DNA from: the human T2T-CHM13v2.0 reference genome, Homo sapiens | Reading direction: 5' to 3' (one strand) | Length of the DNA stretch: 64,000 bases | Assembly (NCBI RefSeq): GCF_009914755.1 | Contig: NC_060939.1 | The notes under the pieces: model-generated | The model's input: the letters and a program-made list of their open reading frames with translations, nothing else | Told to the model about the DNA's origin: nothing | Database searches by the model: none | Translations under genes and position numbers: made by a program | Part shown: positions 25,396 to 40,587 of the stretch, piece after piece | Numbering within the stretch: position 1 is the stretch's first letter | How the letters are laid out: every line of letters starts with the position of its first letter

Positions 25396-28300
25396 AGACA
25401 TGACGTATTCTAAGCACTCCTCAAATTTACCTGTGGACAGCAAGAAGGCCTACAAGGCACCCTGTTTACGATATGCCACTTGGCTCCTTCAGGGCAGAGC
25501 TGCAGCAGCAGTCCTTGTTTCTCTGTGCCCCACATCCCCTCAGCATGTAAGACCACTTCTGCCCCACCCATTGCTGAATGGGACCTTCAGATGCTATCTT
25601 CTCCATAAAGCTTTCTATGACTCAGGCCGCATCATTTTGTGGTCAACTACTTTCACTATTATTGTGTTTATTCTCCCTAAACCAGCCAAGCAATCCCATT
25701 TGGTAATCGAAAGAGCAAGTAGCACTGGCTTGGTCATTTCCTTCACATAAACCTGACTGAACTGGATATATGGTAAGGATTTCCATCTTGTACATAAACA
25801 CTTGTCCACCTCCGTGATTCACACAATTCCTTTTCCACTCTATCCCGGGCCCATGTCTCCATCCTGCCCCTGATGCTGGCTCTGCAGGCATTTTCTACAT
25901 GGCTGTCTGTGTACATGCCGTGTGGTTAGTCTTAAATCAAGGGCTCCTAGAGTGCATAGGACATACCAGTTTATACTTTTTCTCATCAGGAATATGTGTA
26001 GCTGGAGGATTAAGAAATACATTTTCATGAGCTAGACAATAACAAAAATTAAATGGCAAAAGTCCTTGCTGTCCTTAGTAGCTAGGGAGCTTTAAAAATA
26101 AATACATAAGCACCTGTTTCCGTTTTTTTACTCCTACAGAAGCAGGGAAATTGCTGGAGAAAAAAAAAAATGTAAGTCCATATATTCTGTACTGTGTCCC
26201 TTGGAAGAATAAAATTTTAAATGAGGTCATCAGGAAGTGCTTCCTAAATGTGAAGTTCACAGACTGAACTTTGAAGTTTAGCAATGGACTTCCCCTGAGC
26301 AAGGTCGGCTTATGCTATTGTTAGACCAGCAGCTGAGCCTCCCCCACCACGTCCTTCTACCTCTTGCAATTAAAGCACAGCCCAGGCAGGTTTTTCTTAA
26401 ACAGGATTTTTCTTTATGTTGGTGCATATGCTGCTGTTATAATAGCAGGGACATTGTCCTCATTCCCAGCTCTTTCCTCCAAGTCAAAACATTTAGAATG
26501 ACACCACCCAAAGAATAAGTCTTACTTGAGGCTTTGCAACCTCTAACCCTTCCCACCTCTAACCTTTTCCCATCTTTATCCCCGTTATCTTGGGTGCTTT
26601 CAGTTTTCAGAGACCAGCTTTCCAACAGGGCTAAATAACACTCTATGGTTTCTTTCCCCATCAGAAACCAAAGAACTCCCTGTTTCTCAGCCCTTGCCAG
26701 CAGAATCTGGTCACCCCTCTGCCCCTCAAAATTACACATCTTATACAACTAGCTCCTGTCCCTGCACCATTCCTGTCCCTTGTCCTTGATCCTGGTTTCC
26801 CAGTGGAACAGGAAAAAGGTTTTACAGAGGGTTTTTTGCCACCATCTCTTTGTTCCTCAGGAGATGATTAAGTTGTGCGTTAAGTGGGGAAAAAGTACAT
26901 TAGGTCAACCCCAAAATCTGCCATCGATAACATCAGAGTATGTCCATGGCTTTATTAGTTTTCTAGTGAATATTTAAGAGAAAAAGGTGCTAGGTCATAG
27001 AACATTGAGAAGGCTATACATCTCCCCTTGGCTATAGGTGCAATACATTCCAAGAGGGAGAGATGGTAGTCATGCCTCCTATTTTTTTAGGTGAGGTATG
27101 TATTTTGTAGTTCTGCTGGGACAAAAACAGCTTTCAGTCATTGAAAACCAAAGGCCCAGTGGACATCAGGAGGAGATGGCCTCCCTCACTGCAAGACGAC
27201 CTCTGGGTCAAAGCCTAGTGAAACTTTGGCTTTTCCCAGCAAGCAGGAAGTGACATAGACAGTGTCTTTTTAGAGACCTCACTTTGGAGAATGCTCAGTG
27301 AGGGGCAAACATTTGCTGGTGACATTGTAGTTCTGTCCTTTGCTAAGCTTGAGTGAAAATCTTTTGGAGAATCGACTTTTTTCTTTCTTTTTTTTTTTTT
27401 TGATGTCCCTTAGAGAGCTCACAATAAATAAATAAATCAAAACAAAGCTAAAAGTTCATAAAAAAGTCTCAGGCATGGTCCAGATTTTCAGGAAACCAGC
27501 AGTTTCTGGAGGAAGTCCCACCCGCTCCTGAAAACAGAAAAAATAAACGAGAGAGAGTCCACCAGCAAACAGGTGTTTAGTCTTCTCTGGAGTCATATTA
27601 AGCAATTTTTACATTTATGGAAAAGCAAACACTCCCCCCACATAGGGTGTGGCCCACACTGGGATGGAAAATCAGCCTCGTGCTCTGCACCGTGTTCTGG
27701 TGGCTTCTGCAGCTGTCACAGGAAGGAATCCACACCCGTCCCCAAGGACGCCTGCACGGGAACAGATGCCCGCTCCCTTACCCCTTGGGGGAAGGACAGA
27801 GGTATCTGAGGGATTCAGCCCTGGGCACTCCTCTCAGCTTCCTCCTTCACAGGCGGGGCCCTGGGAGGCCCTGAGTGGGGCCACTGCGTTGCTATGAGAT
27901 CAGAACGGTAGCCAGTTGGTGGGTGCAGCAGGCTCACACCTAGCAAGAACCTACCTCTCCCTTTTTCCTAAGAAGGGAAAACAACTCTCAAGGCTCACCC
28001 TGGAGGCCCAAAGGGAAGGCTGTATGGGTCCCGTACTGCAGCTTCCAAGCCCACGGTGGTTACGTCTGAGCACCCTGTAGGGCTCTGCTCTGAAAGTCTT
28101 TTCAGCTCCCAATGAGCATTGTTCAAGCCGATGAACATCCCCAAAACCCTTCCACTCTCAGGGCCTCGGCCCCACCCACCACCTGGCATCTGTCTTTAAG
28201 GATGTTTATAACAGAGTTCTGAAATAAAGTTTTGGCTTTTTCCTGGAGTTCTAACTCTGCAGGAGAAGCAGTGAGGTAGGACTTTGAGGAATTCAGGAAG

Positions 28301-29184
28301 TGGAGAACAGCTCATGGTGAGAGGAAAGGCTGGGGCCGACTTGGGATGTGGATGTGCAAAAGGAAAGGTGAAGGCTGGATGGGAGGCAGGGTGGGTACAG
28401 TTAAGGTGGGCCCTGGGCCAGGATGGCCTCCCAACCAGAGAGTAGCCTTCAACATCTCAGCCTCGTACTGCGTGCCAGACACTCTACCAAGCCCTCCACT
28501 TAGGTAATAATCACGTCTTCCACCCTCACTCTCACCCTGTAAGGGAGCTCTTAGAATAACGCTGCTCTCCACGGCTGGGAAACCCAGGCTCTGATGGGTG
28601 ACATCACTTGTTCAAGGTCACTCAGCCAGTAAGGGCCAGGCTGGGCTGCAAACTCAATGGCCCACTGCAGAGCTCACACAGGTCCATTTCCTACTCGCCA
28701 TGATGTTTTCCAGGGAGAGTTTAGAGAAGCTCTGGAGCTGGGAAAAGAGGGCAGCTGTTAGAGAACAGCCAGCGAGAATGGGAAGTCAGGAGACCCAGAG
28801 CTCAGGAACAGACTTCCTTGGCAGGTGGCGTAGTCCCATGGCCTCTTTAGCTCTCAGTTTTCTCATCTGCAAGAGGACAATGGGCCAGATTGGTGCTTCT
28901 CTGAGAGAAAGTACCAGTGGTTTTGACCAAGGGACTGACCCGAACATGGCATGTAAGAGGGGTTTGTTTGGGGTTGGTCCACAGGATGGTTACAGAGGAA
29001 GGAAGAAAGCCACCAAGGCCAATTTGAAGATGTGCAGAAACCCAGAAGTGAGGTGAGGACGGCAGTTCTCAAGTGCAGAGCTTGAAGTGGTCACTGCTGG
29101 GAGGGAGACGTCATAACAAGACCCAGGAAACACTTCAAAGGAAAAACTAACAGCATTTAAAGATTGGCTGCAATAGTAACAATA

Positions 29185-29390
29185 AAAAAAGCTAACATTT
29201 ACTGAAGGCTATACCAGTTATCCCACCAAGTGCTCAACTACCAATCCTCACAGCAGCCAGCTGCAGGAATTATCATTGCTCCCACTTTATAGATAAGGAA
29301 ACTGAAGTTTATAGAGGCAGAGAAACTTGCCCAAAGTCACAAAGCTGGCAACTCCCAGAGCCAGGATTTGAACACAGTCTCAGTACAGAG
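29185..29390 (-). mobile_element. MIR
   Basis: 'cccactttatagataaggaaactgaag...aacttgcccaaagtcacaaagct...gagccaggatttgaac'. Confidence 0.82.
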
Positions 29391-29397
29391 CCTATGG

Positions 29398-29705
29398 TTT
29401 CTTTGTTTTTGAGACAAAGTCTCACTCTGTCACCAAGGCTGGAGTGCAGTGGCTCGATCTTGGCTCACTGCAACAATTGCTTGGCTCCCTGGTTCAAGCG
29501 ATTCTCCTGCCTCAGCCTCCCGATTAGCTGGGATTACTGGTGTGCACCACCATGCCAGGCTAATTTTTGATTTTTTTTTTTTTTTAGTAGATATGGAGTT
29601 TCACCACATTGGCCAGGCTGGTCTCGAACTCCTGACCTCAAGTGATCTGCCTGCCTTGGCCTCCCAGAATGCTGGGATTACAGGGGTGAGCCACTGGGCC
29701 CCGCC
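29398..29705 (-). mobile_element. AluSx/Sz-like
   Basis: Antisense full dimer with a partial TSD cctatg. Confidence 0.94.
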
Positions 29706-29949
29706 ACCTATGTTCTTAATCCCCGTGCAACTCTGCCTCCTATCTATGTGCCGAAGAAAGGAACAACACTCCCCTCCAGACCTCTGCCTTTCACACCCAT
29801 TGGCCTTGGATGCCCTTGTCTCCCCCCGGTTCCGATTCCCTTCAAATTCCAGCTCCTTTAAACTTTCACACCTTACTCTGTCCACCCCTCCACACCTGCC
29901 TCGTGCTGTCCCCCCGCCCCCACATCCCACTCCACCCCCACAGTTCAAA

Positions 29950-30335
29950 CCTGCTCATGGAAGTCCTGGAATGTGTTTTCTCCCTCATCCTCAGTCCCAC
30001 CCATCACACAGCCTGCACTGGATCATCCAAGTTACATGCCAAATGTCTGTACCCCTCTGTGTCCAAGTGAGGCCCACCTTCCTCTTTGCTTCTGTCATCT
30101 ATTTTCCTGTTTCTTGCATGCATTGCACTGTGTTCATTATGTCTATTGTTGACTGCTTGTTCATATTTCCACCTTCCCTATAGGATCGTGAGTGCTTTGA
30201 AGGCAGAGAGAGGCTGGGCCTTAGTACAGTCTGTTTGCAGCACATGGCATATAGTGGATGCTGGAGAAATGTTGATGACTGAATTGACATGATTGATTGA
30301 TTGGATCAAATGAATGAACACAAGAATAAATGAAC
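29950..30335 (+). mobile_element. L2 3' end
   Basis: 'gtgagtgctttgaaggcagaga...gcagcacatggcatatagtggatgct...aaatgttgatgactgaat...aatgaatgaa'. Confidence 0.7.
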
Positions 30336-32665
30336 ATCGGGATCCAGGAAAGGGGTCCTTCTGGCACCAACCCTATTCTGTCCCCCTAAACAGTATTACA
30401 TTTAGTGTTTATGATAAAGGCTTTCAGCACCTTTTTGAAGAGTTGGTACCACTGGTCCACTTTCTGCCCTGCCCTTAATCCATCCAATTGGTTTAGATAC
30501 TCACACATACATTCTTTCTTTCTCTCTCCTTCCCTTACTGGACCCCAGACCAAAGCCAAAGAAATAAATGTCCCCTCTCCTGCTCTGTTTCCACTTAGAT
30601 AAATTAATCCTCAGCATGAGAGGAACCAAAGCCAGCACCTTAGAAGTCAGGCTCCTGTCAGCTCGGTTTGCTCACCTGCACACAGCCCTTGACTTCCTCC
30701 TCCTGTGTGGGAGGAGCACAGCCCTGACTCAGAGGCCACTCCAGGCAATCCTCTCCTCCCAGGCAATCCTATAAGGAACCCACTGGCTGAGCTCTGGCCT
30801 CTCGGCAGAGGGGGCAGGCCTGAAGAACCCTTTCCAAGACCAGCTGAGCTCTGCTGGTCCGCTGGGCCCTGCCTGCAGAGTTATTGGCGGAGTTATTCTT
30901 GGTGCTCATTAGCACTGCACAGGCTGTGGATTATTCCTTTATTGCTAAGTGGCCCCCAGAACACTGCAGACTCATCCCTCCTTTTGAAGTCCTTGTAAAA
31001 GACTCCAAGAAGTCGATTCCAATCTCTTCTCTCCCAGCGTGGACTGCCCCTGGAGCAGCACTGGGGGTGTGTGGCTGTTAGAGTGGCAGCCAAGGGCCAG
31101 CTCCCCAGTGAAAGGTGATATTGTGCTTCTACCGCACACCTGCACGTTGGGATGGTGTTTGCCTTCCGGCCTGACTGCTCTGTTCTCATCTTCCATGGAC
31201 ATGGAGGTGGGAGGGGAACTTATGTGTCATTCACTCCAGGGTCCTGATGGCCACTTGCGTAGAGCAAAGAATGTTGGTAGGGCCTGCAGTCTAGGTTCTA
31301 GCTTCAGTGAGCTCTGGGGCCTCGGGAAAAGGGCTTGATCCCTCAGAACATCTGCAGGAGTCTGTGACCCAGACCACACCAAGCTTTCAGAAACTGCTCT
31401 GCTCTTTTACTCTCCCACTCCTCTCCACCCTCTCAAGCTGTGCTATATCCACAATGCACCAGCCCAGGCTGACTCAACTTCCCGCCCACTGCTCCCCTTT
31501 AAGCTACAGCACCCACCATTTTGCCCCAAACTCGTCTATCCTACCTGAGCTCCTGCAGCCAGACTGGGTCACCCATGCCCCTCCTCTAACCAGGAAAGAA
31601 AGGAAAGAATCCATCAGGTCTTTTCTGTGTCCTGAGATTGCGCAGGTATTCACCCGCTCCACTCCCATCTCCTTGACCTCTTTCTTGCCCTGTTTCTCGG
31701 CGACCTAGGCATTGGGTCCTGGTCAGTTTTCCACTTTTCCATCACTCCCTTAGGACCCCTCAACCTCTCTGCTCATCAAAAAAGTCCAATAAAGGCATTC
31801 ATCTCTTTGAATACTTAATTTTACAGTACCTCTTGCATAACTTTCAAGTTTGAGGTCAATACAAATAAAATCATTTAAAATGTCTGATATTAAACACTTC
31901 TGACCCGAAAAGCAAAAAGCCTTTTAACAGATAGTTACATTGATACAAGAGTCCACAATGACAGGTTTCAAAGATGAAAGTAATGGATCAGTAAATAGAA
32001 CAGTAGAGAAAACACAGATGAAAGGCAAATAACCCCACCTGAAAAATCCAAAGCTTTCATTTTTTTTGAAAAAAAAATTGTCAAAAGCACTGTATTATTT
32101 TTTAAAATCATGATAAAAGGAGCATGCACCTGTCACCCTCCCAACCCCCTCTATACTTGCCCCTTTCTATCTTTAAGTGCTGTGGTCTTTGTGGTGACTT
32201 TATTGGCTCAAGTTTCCTAGGCTGGTACTCTCAGAGCCTGGTTTCCTAGGAGCAGTACTCATAACGCAGGTGCGATGGACACCTGTAGGTGGGTAGTGCC
32301 GCCTGTGTGAACCAACTCGGCTCCAAAGAGCCTAACTCCCTATCTGCATGGTTAATCCAATCAAAGCCCAACCTGCTTTCCCACACAACAGAGTTCAACA
32401 GAGCTTTTCATTAAAGCAACACATCATAGCAAATACTTAACTAGTACAAATAAAGCATTTTATTTAAAGCAAGGTTTAAAGACATATAAACATTAAGCAT
32501 CAGAGCTCCATTCTTTAGTTGCTATTCATCACAGCTTATGCCAGTCCTTGAATTCTGTCTAACTTGGGTAGTAGCCAATTTTCTAACTCACCTTCAACTT
32601 CTTGGGATGAGTCCTTCCCGGGCTCCTTGTTTTTCTAGAAATTTCAGTGGCTTGACCACACATCA

Positions 32666-33017
<352 letters not shown>

Positions 33018-35869
33018 CTAAAGTCCGAATAAAAGAATAATACTATGGCTGGTTTGCACTGGAGGAAAGAAAAGCCCTATCACTGCTACCTTACTTTTCT
33101 GATGTTTTGGGTTCCTATGTCTTATCCCCTCAGGAACCAGGGGAAAAAGAAGATTCTGTGTCAAGTGCACCCTACATCTGTCCATGTCACCCCCCTTCTT
33201 CCAATCAGAACAACTCATTTCCCCCACTTGACTGCTCCCCTAATCTTTGCACCTTGGAGCAGGATGTGTTTATTGATTGATGGATATTTACTTATAATTG
33301 GTACCTCTTATGAAAGCCAACAGTTTTTACATCTGGCTTTTAACACAGACTGTGCTCTTCAATAGTCTTAGTGTAGACTGAAGGTTTTTCAAATTCACAT
33401 TTTTAGAAAAGAGTTCCATTAAATTCCACATGAACAACAGAAAAAAATTTAAATGGGACATTACAGTGATCAATTATAGATTGTAGGACATGACTGACAT
33501 GTAGGGCTGGGCTGGGAGGAAGAGACAAAGACCAAATGCTCAACCAAGGGCAGAGGTGGGGTGTAGATTACGGGTCAGAACCGTAACATAACGGATGGAG
33601 TCCCAAGTGAATCCAGGAAGTTGGAGGAAGCAGGTAAGTACTTGGGTTAGGCATTCACAGGCCTAGGAAGTCAGCTGGGGCAGGAAGGCTCAGACAAGGC
33701 AAGGGGACCAGGAAGCTTGGACCCGTCCTGGGAAGATAGAGTCCAAGAGGGCAGTCATCACCGGTCCCACACTAAAAGCATCAAAGCTCTCTAATCTTCT
33801 GTCTTCTCTACTCTCTCTGGTGTGTTGTCAAGGAAGGAATAGGTACGTGGGAAACTAGGGAGACAATCATAGCCCTCGATGTCTACCGTTTCTAATTAAT
33901 ACAGGGCAGAGGAATTAGATCTTTTGGTAGAGATCTAAAATTCCTCTGAAGTTCTATCAAGCCCCATCTCCTGATGATTCAGTGCTAGTTCTAAAATAGG
34001 AAAACTTACTTCCAAAACCAACAGATGTTTGGGCTGTCATCATTATGCCTGTACTAAACTCACTTGTGATTTCACTGTGAAGTCCTGTCTGTGTAATTTA
34101 TTAGGAATCATTTATGTAAGATTATGTAGAAAATGTTACTAGTCGTAAGATATCTATCCATCTCAATGATTTGACTTTTACAGCAATGCGATGGGACGTG
34201 CTGAGGGACCATTTGGTCAACTTTCCACCTAATGGTGGTGTGATTAGAACTCCTAGCGGGTGACTCATAGAGAGTGATTAGAAGTAAAAAGGTTCTGGAA
34301 ATTCCCCCACACTCTTTAAGGCAGCCTTTGTCAGGTGTCTTAGTTTCGTGAAAGGTAGACTGATGTTTTCCATCTGGTATACAAAACATTTTCTAAGTAG
34401 TTATAGAACCTTGAACAAGCCACTTAGCTCTCTGGGCCTGAGTTTTCTCATCTTATAAAATTAAATCCATCAATAGATCACATGATCTCTATGGCTTCTT
34501 TATTCTAAGGATGTATGGTAATTTTAAACACTTGGTTAGCCATCTTGACCAAACTAGCATCACAGGTAAGAAACAAGCTGCGAAGACCAAAATTCTTCTC
34601 TGGTTTATACACTCTGGGTCAGAGGCAACCACTTTCTATGTTGTTTGGGCTACTTTTCCCTAAACACATAATGGCTTTGTCTGCATCAAAGGTCATCTTC
34701 TATTTTCCTGCCCATTCATATGACCCCATAAGACCTTCCAGCATCTCAGTCAGCTGAGCATTTTACCTCCTGCAAAGCACATGGTTTCCTTCTTCTCTTT
34801 GCAGGTCATATGAAATGCTCACACAGTACTTACTGTAATCACTTCGTAAAGTTGATTTTCACATATCTTCATCCAGAAAATTATCCCAACTGTTATATAT
34901 AACTTTATTCTAATTGAATAATTCCAGTTTTCAAGACACTTTTCAGACACCCATTGTCTTGTCTGAATCCTCATGACAACCTCATTTTTTTATAGATTAT
35001 ACAGCATTCCTACTTATATATAATAGTTATAACTTTTTATTCCTAATAAACTTTGGCATGACGTTTCATCAGATTCTGATAGTTTCTTTTGTTTTTCATT
35101 CATTGCATTCCCATCCAAATGTTTACTGACCCTGGGAAATAAATCCAGTAGACCAATGAAGCATGAATCCAACTCACAGAGGGTGGTTAGAACTAAAAGC
35201 TGAAATGGACTTCCGTGATCACCTGACCCACTCATCCCTGACCGTAGGCTCTTGTTCACAGCGGCCAAAACGTGCATGTCTCTCAGGGGCTTCCTGCTTG
35301 TGGAGCAGAACCTTTGCTTGCGGGCTCCTTGTGTCTGTGAGCTCCTCAGAACCGCTCTTGAGCTCACAGTGCCTGATTTGCACGTATTGGTTTCCGCTCC
35401 GTTGCTTATTCTGGTCCCCTCATAGAAGCAATGTTATCCTTTCTTCAAACCCGTCCTTTCCCAGAGAGCTTTGCAGCCACTTTTACCGGGTTTAATGAGT
35501 CAGCTGCAGAGTTTATGATCCGGTACTAGGCCTTCTGGGAAGCAGCTTTCCTGGGCTTACGTCAGGCTGTTAAAGACCCTCCTGGCCTTCCTGCCGACAT
35601 TTGCTCGGCTACTTTTTCCTCCTAATTAATGCCTCTATCTTATCAGAGTGGCCCATTCTCAAATGCAGTAAATGAGTCCTTGATGTTCTATGTTTTATTT
35701 TGGAAACTTCCCACTCTGCTCATATCTGAATTGGTATTTGCTCACTGTTGCGCAGTGGTTTGCCTACCAGGTATCCCTTACATCAAATCCTGTCCGCCGC
35801 TTAGAAAAACCACAGCTAAAAGTTGTTTGGCAACTCTTGGTGTTCACAGGGTTTTCCCACTGAGGGTCA

Positions 35870-36235
35870 GGGACTGCACAGCGGTTGAGAGCTTGGACTC
35901 CGGGGTCAGCTGGAACTGCTTCTAACACAAGGACCGCTCTTAACAAAGAACTGAGGCTTCCTAAACTTCAGTTTCTGGGTCTGTAAAATAATAGGACCCA
36001 CTTCCTATAAATGTTGAGAAGATTAATGGGAATGATGCATGTAAAATGCTCGGTACATGATAAAAGCCCAGTGATTACTCATTATCCCACTCAATGCTTG
36101 GGGAAAGGCAAAGCAGCTAATATTACCCCAGATTATAGATAAGAATACTGGGTTCAAAAGAGATCACTTGGCTTACCCTTGTCTATACTGCACCTGCATG
36201 AATCATGGACCTGAACCCAGGTCACGGCCACCTCC
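35870..36235. mobile_element. Two MIR fragments (+ then -)
   Basis: 'cttcagtttctgggtctgtaaaat...gatgcatgtaaaatgctcggtaca' and 'tattaccccagattatagataagaatactg'. Confidence 0.65.
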
Positions 36236-36297
36236 CAGACCCTTGCTCTCTCTGCTTCCCCAGCAGCGCCTCTCAGAGTGAACACCTATGTCCATGA

Positions 36298-36478
36298 CAG
36301 TGATTCCCAAAGTGTTGTCCCCAAACCAGCAGCATCAGCATCACCTGGGAACTTGTTAGACATGTTAGGGTCTCACCCCAGACCTAATGAATCAGAAACT
36401 CTGAGAATGAGGGCCCACAATCTGGGTTTTAGCAAGATCTCCAGAAGATTCTGATGCACACCCGTTTGAGAACCAAAG
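36298..36478. mobile_element. MER5A
   Basis: 'cagtgattcccaaagtg...ccagcagcatcagcatcacctgggaacttgttaga...tttgagaacc'. The 8-bp TSD gtccatga/ctccatgg matches at 6/8. Confidence 0.9.
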
Positions 36479-37085
36479 CTCCATGGAATACTAATTTGCC
36501 TTTGGATCTAGCCCTGCCGCCCACTCGAGATGGATGGTCCACAAATCTCAATGTGATTCCTAACATGAGTTAAGCTGTCCAACCCTGTGACGTTATCAGG
36601 GGATTTGTGATTAATACATAGTGACACCATTTAACTGTGGCAGAGGTTCTTACCCTTGGAAGCTCATTAGAATCATCTAGGGAACTTATAACAGAAAGGC
36701 CCACCCCAGACCAGTTCAGATCTAAAGACAGCCTGGACTGACAACCACAGAACTACAGAGCTGCCACCCAGACTCCATGGAACTCTGCTAGGCTGGTAAT
36801 ATTTTTAATTCATTAAGGGTTTATGTGTTTAACAACCCAGGTCCAGTAAATTGGCTCCTTTCCTCCCTATGAACCTTGGACACTCTGGCTGGTCAAGCCT
36901 CCACCTCATGCCCACTTGTTTGCACAGCTACTAACGTTTATGAAGTATTTGCTTAATGTACCTAAGCTCCACTGCCCAGAGCTATCCCACTTGATCTGAA
37001 AACGTCATGATGAGGTATGGTAAGCATTAAACATTAGTTCACCATAGTTCTATTTTTTTCTAATAACTTAAACGGCTTCAGGGAA

Positions 37086-37090
<5 letters not shown>

Positions 37091-37137
<47 letters not shown>
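37091..37137. repeat. (TG)23 microsatellite
   Basis: Uninterrupted TG run at the tail end of an antisense Alu monomer. Confidence 0.97.
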
Positions 37138-37140
<3 letters not shown>

Positions 37141-37145
37141 CCTTA

Positions 37146-37292
37146 AGAGACTGGATCTCACTCTGTTGCCCAGGCTGGAGTGCAGTGGCATGATCGTAGT
37201 TTACTCTAACATTGAACTCCTGGCCCAAGTAATCCTCCTGCCTCAGCCTCCCAAAGCACTGGGATCACAGGCATGAACCACCATACCCACCC
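37146..37292 (-). mobile_element. Alu monomer (FRAM-like or left/right-arm fusion)
   Basis: A single ~147-bp arm: left-arm-type 5' part, right-arm-type 3' part. Confidence 0.85.
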
Positions 37293-37927
37293 TAAGGAAT
37301 ATAGTTTTTTGAGCATGTTGGAGTACTCAGAATTCTCAGCTCAGCTCTTGGCCCACTTGGGTCTCAACCATTTAGAGTACTGATTACCAAAGGAAGAGCA
37401 CAAAGGAAGAAAATCAGCTTTTCTCCTCTTCCTCAGTGTGGGAGAGGGGATTTGGCTTGGGCTCAAAGCCATAGTGATGCTTTCTGCTCCACCCCCTTTC
37501 AATTAAAGATCACCAGCTTCCCAAAAACAGGCCACCCTCATTTTCCAACCTGGCTCAGGCAGGGAAGCTGAGAAGCTTGGGGCTGCCCATTCACCCAGTC
37601 ACCAGGCAGATAGACAGGTAAGAGAACTGGGACCTTCAGGCCTGCCCTCGGGAGGACTGGCCACCAGGCTTTACAGCCCAGAGCAGAGAAACACTGTGGC
37701 CGTTGCAAAACTCCTTGAGTGAAGTGACCCTACCCTCTACTAAAAACGTGGCCCAGTGGATTCCAGTTACTAACAAAGCTCGTTGAGAAGATGCAAGAAA
37801 GGAATGGAACAATGGCTAGGACCTCCCCGCGGCAGCACTTCCCCCAAGAGAATAGAGGAGCTGATGGGCACGTCACATTTTTCTCAATGCTGGATGACAT
37901 TCCATCACCTTCCTCATCTTCATGGAA

Positions 37928-38226
37928 TTTTTTTTTTTTTTTTTTTGAGACAAAGTCTCCCTTTATCACCCAAACTGGAGTGCAGTGGTGCAATCATGCC
38001 TCACTGCAGTCTTGACCTCCCAGGCTCAAGGGATCTTCCCACCTCAGACTCCTGAGTAGCTGGGACTACGGGTACATACCACCACACCCGGATAATTTTT
38101 GTAATTTTTTAGAGATAAGGTTTCACCACATTGCCCAAGCTGGTCTCAAATTCATGGCCTCAAACAGTGCTTCGGGTTCAGCCTCCCAAAGTGCTGAGAT
38201 TACAGGCATGAGTCACCGCACCCAGC
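37928..38226 (-). mobile_element. AluJ
   Basis: J-type 'cactgcagtcttgacctcccaggctcaagggatc' with a T19 tail. Confidence 0.93.
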
Positions 38227-38534
38227 TGGAATGCATTCTTTGAATTTTAAAAGACTGTAAATGAGAGATTTGTTCAGAGAAGAGGGTGTTTCCTATGTAC
38301 AAAACCAAAGACCAGCTTTTATTTTTTATTAGGTATTATAGTCACAAAGGTATGAAAGGGTATATAGTAATAAGTCTAAGAAATTTTTATGAAGTTTTTG
38401 AAGTAAAAAGCATTTTTATAAAATTTTAAATAAAAATTTTAATAAAATTACTCAATTGTTAAATGTAACTTAAAATTACTTTTTCATAAAATTACTCATT
38501 TTATAAAACACATTTTTCCTACTTTGAAAAGTAG

Positions 38535-38843
<309 letters not shown>

Positions 38844-39048
38844 AAGTCAAAACTTCAGATTTTGCCAAACACCTTGAAAGTATGAGTAGATAGAGGAAGA
38901 CTCGTCCTTTTGTCTGCCTCCTTTTCATCTTCCTAATACCTAACACCTCTCTAATCTTTCTAGAAATGGGTAAGAAAAGCTTCCATAAAGAAAGGTGGAG
39001 AGAATTGAAGCATGGTAGTATTTTTGCAGGAGAAATTATAAGGTTTGA

Positions 39049-39469
<421 letters not shown>

Positions 39470-39971
39470 TGAGGATTCTATTCCATCAGGAATGGCTGCT
39501 TTATGCAGAAGAACTCTAAGATTACATCAGGCTAAGGGTGACAGAATGCTGTAATCCATTAGCCTTATCTGTCATGGTCATGGCAGCAGCAAGAGGCAGT
39601 CTGAGTGCCATACACTGCAGTAATCTAGGGGTGAGCTGAATAGTGAATGGAGATTTGCCTAAAAGAAACTTCTGGAGTCAGTGCTCCAAAACTCTGAATC
39701 AACCAAATGAATGAATTGAGCCAAATAGAAATGCATGACTATTCAATATTTATTATGTAGAGAGGCTTAGAAAGGGCAGGCACCTGGAGTTCCTCCACCC
39801 TCCTCACCCAATCACAACTGCCCTTACTGCCCTACCAGTCCAGCCACGTGCCCTTTCCCACCCCTCTCAATGACCCTTGGGCTCCCCAATGAAGCTCCCT
39901 GAGGGCAGGGGACATAGCTCTTTGGGGCCATAAAGGCATTAGCTCACCCTTCTCAGCCCCTTACACATTTA

Positions 39972-40290
<319 letters not shown>

Positions 40291-40292
40291 TT

Positions 40293-40587
<295 letters not shown>

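Noticed and set aside
29449-30183. Longest ORF (244 aa)
   Set aside because: Its N-terminus is the standard antisense-Alu translation ([12 protein letters not shown]...[15 protein letters not shown]). The rest is low-complexity/L2 sequence, and the start codon is GTG.
30741-30770. 12-bp direct repeat ccaggcaatcct x2
   Set aside because: An ordinary short slippage duplication with no further structure.
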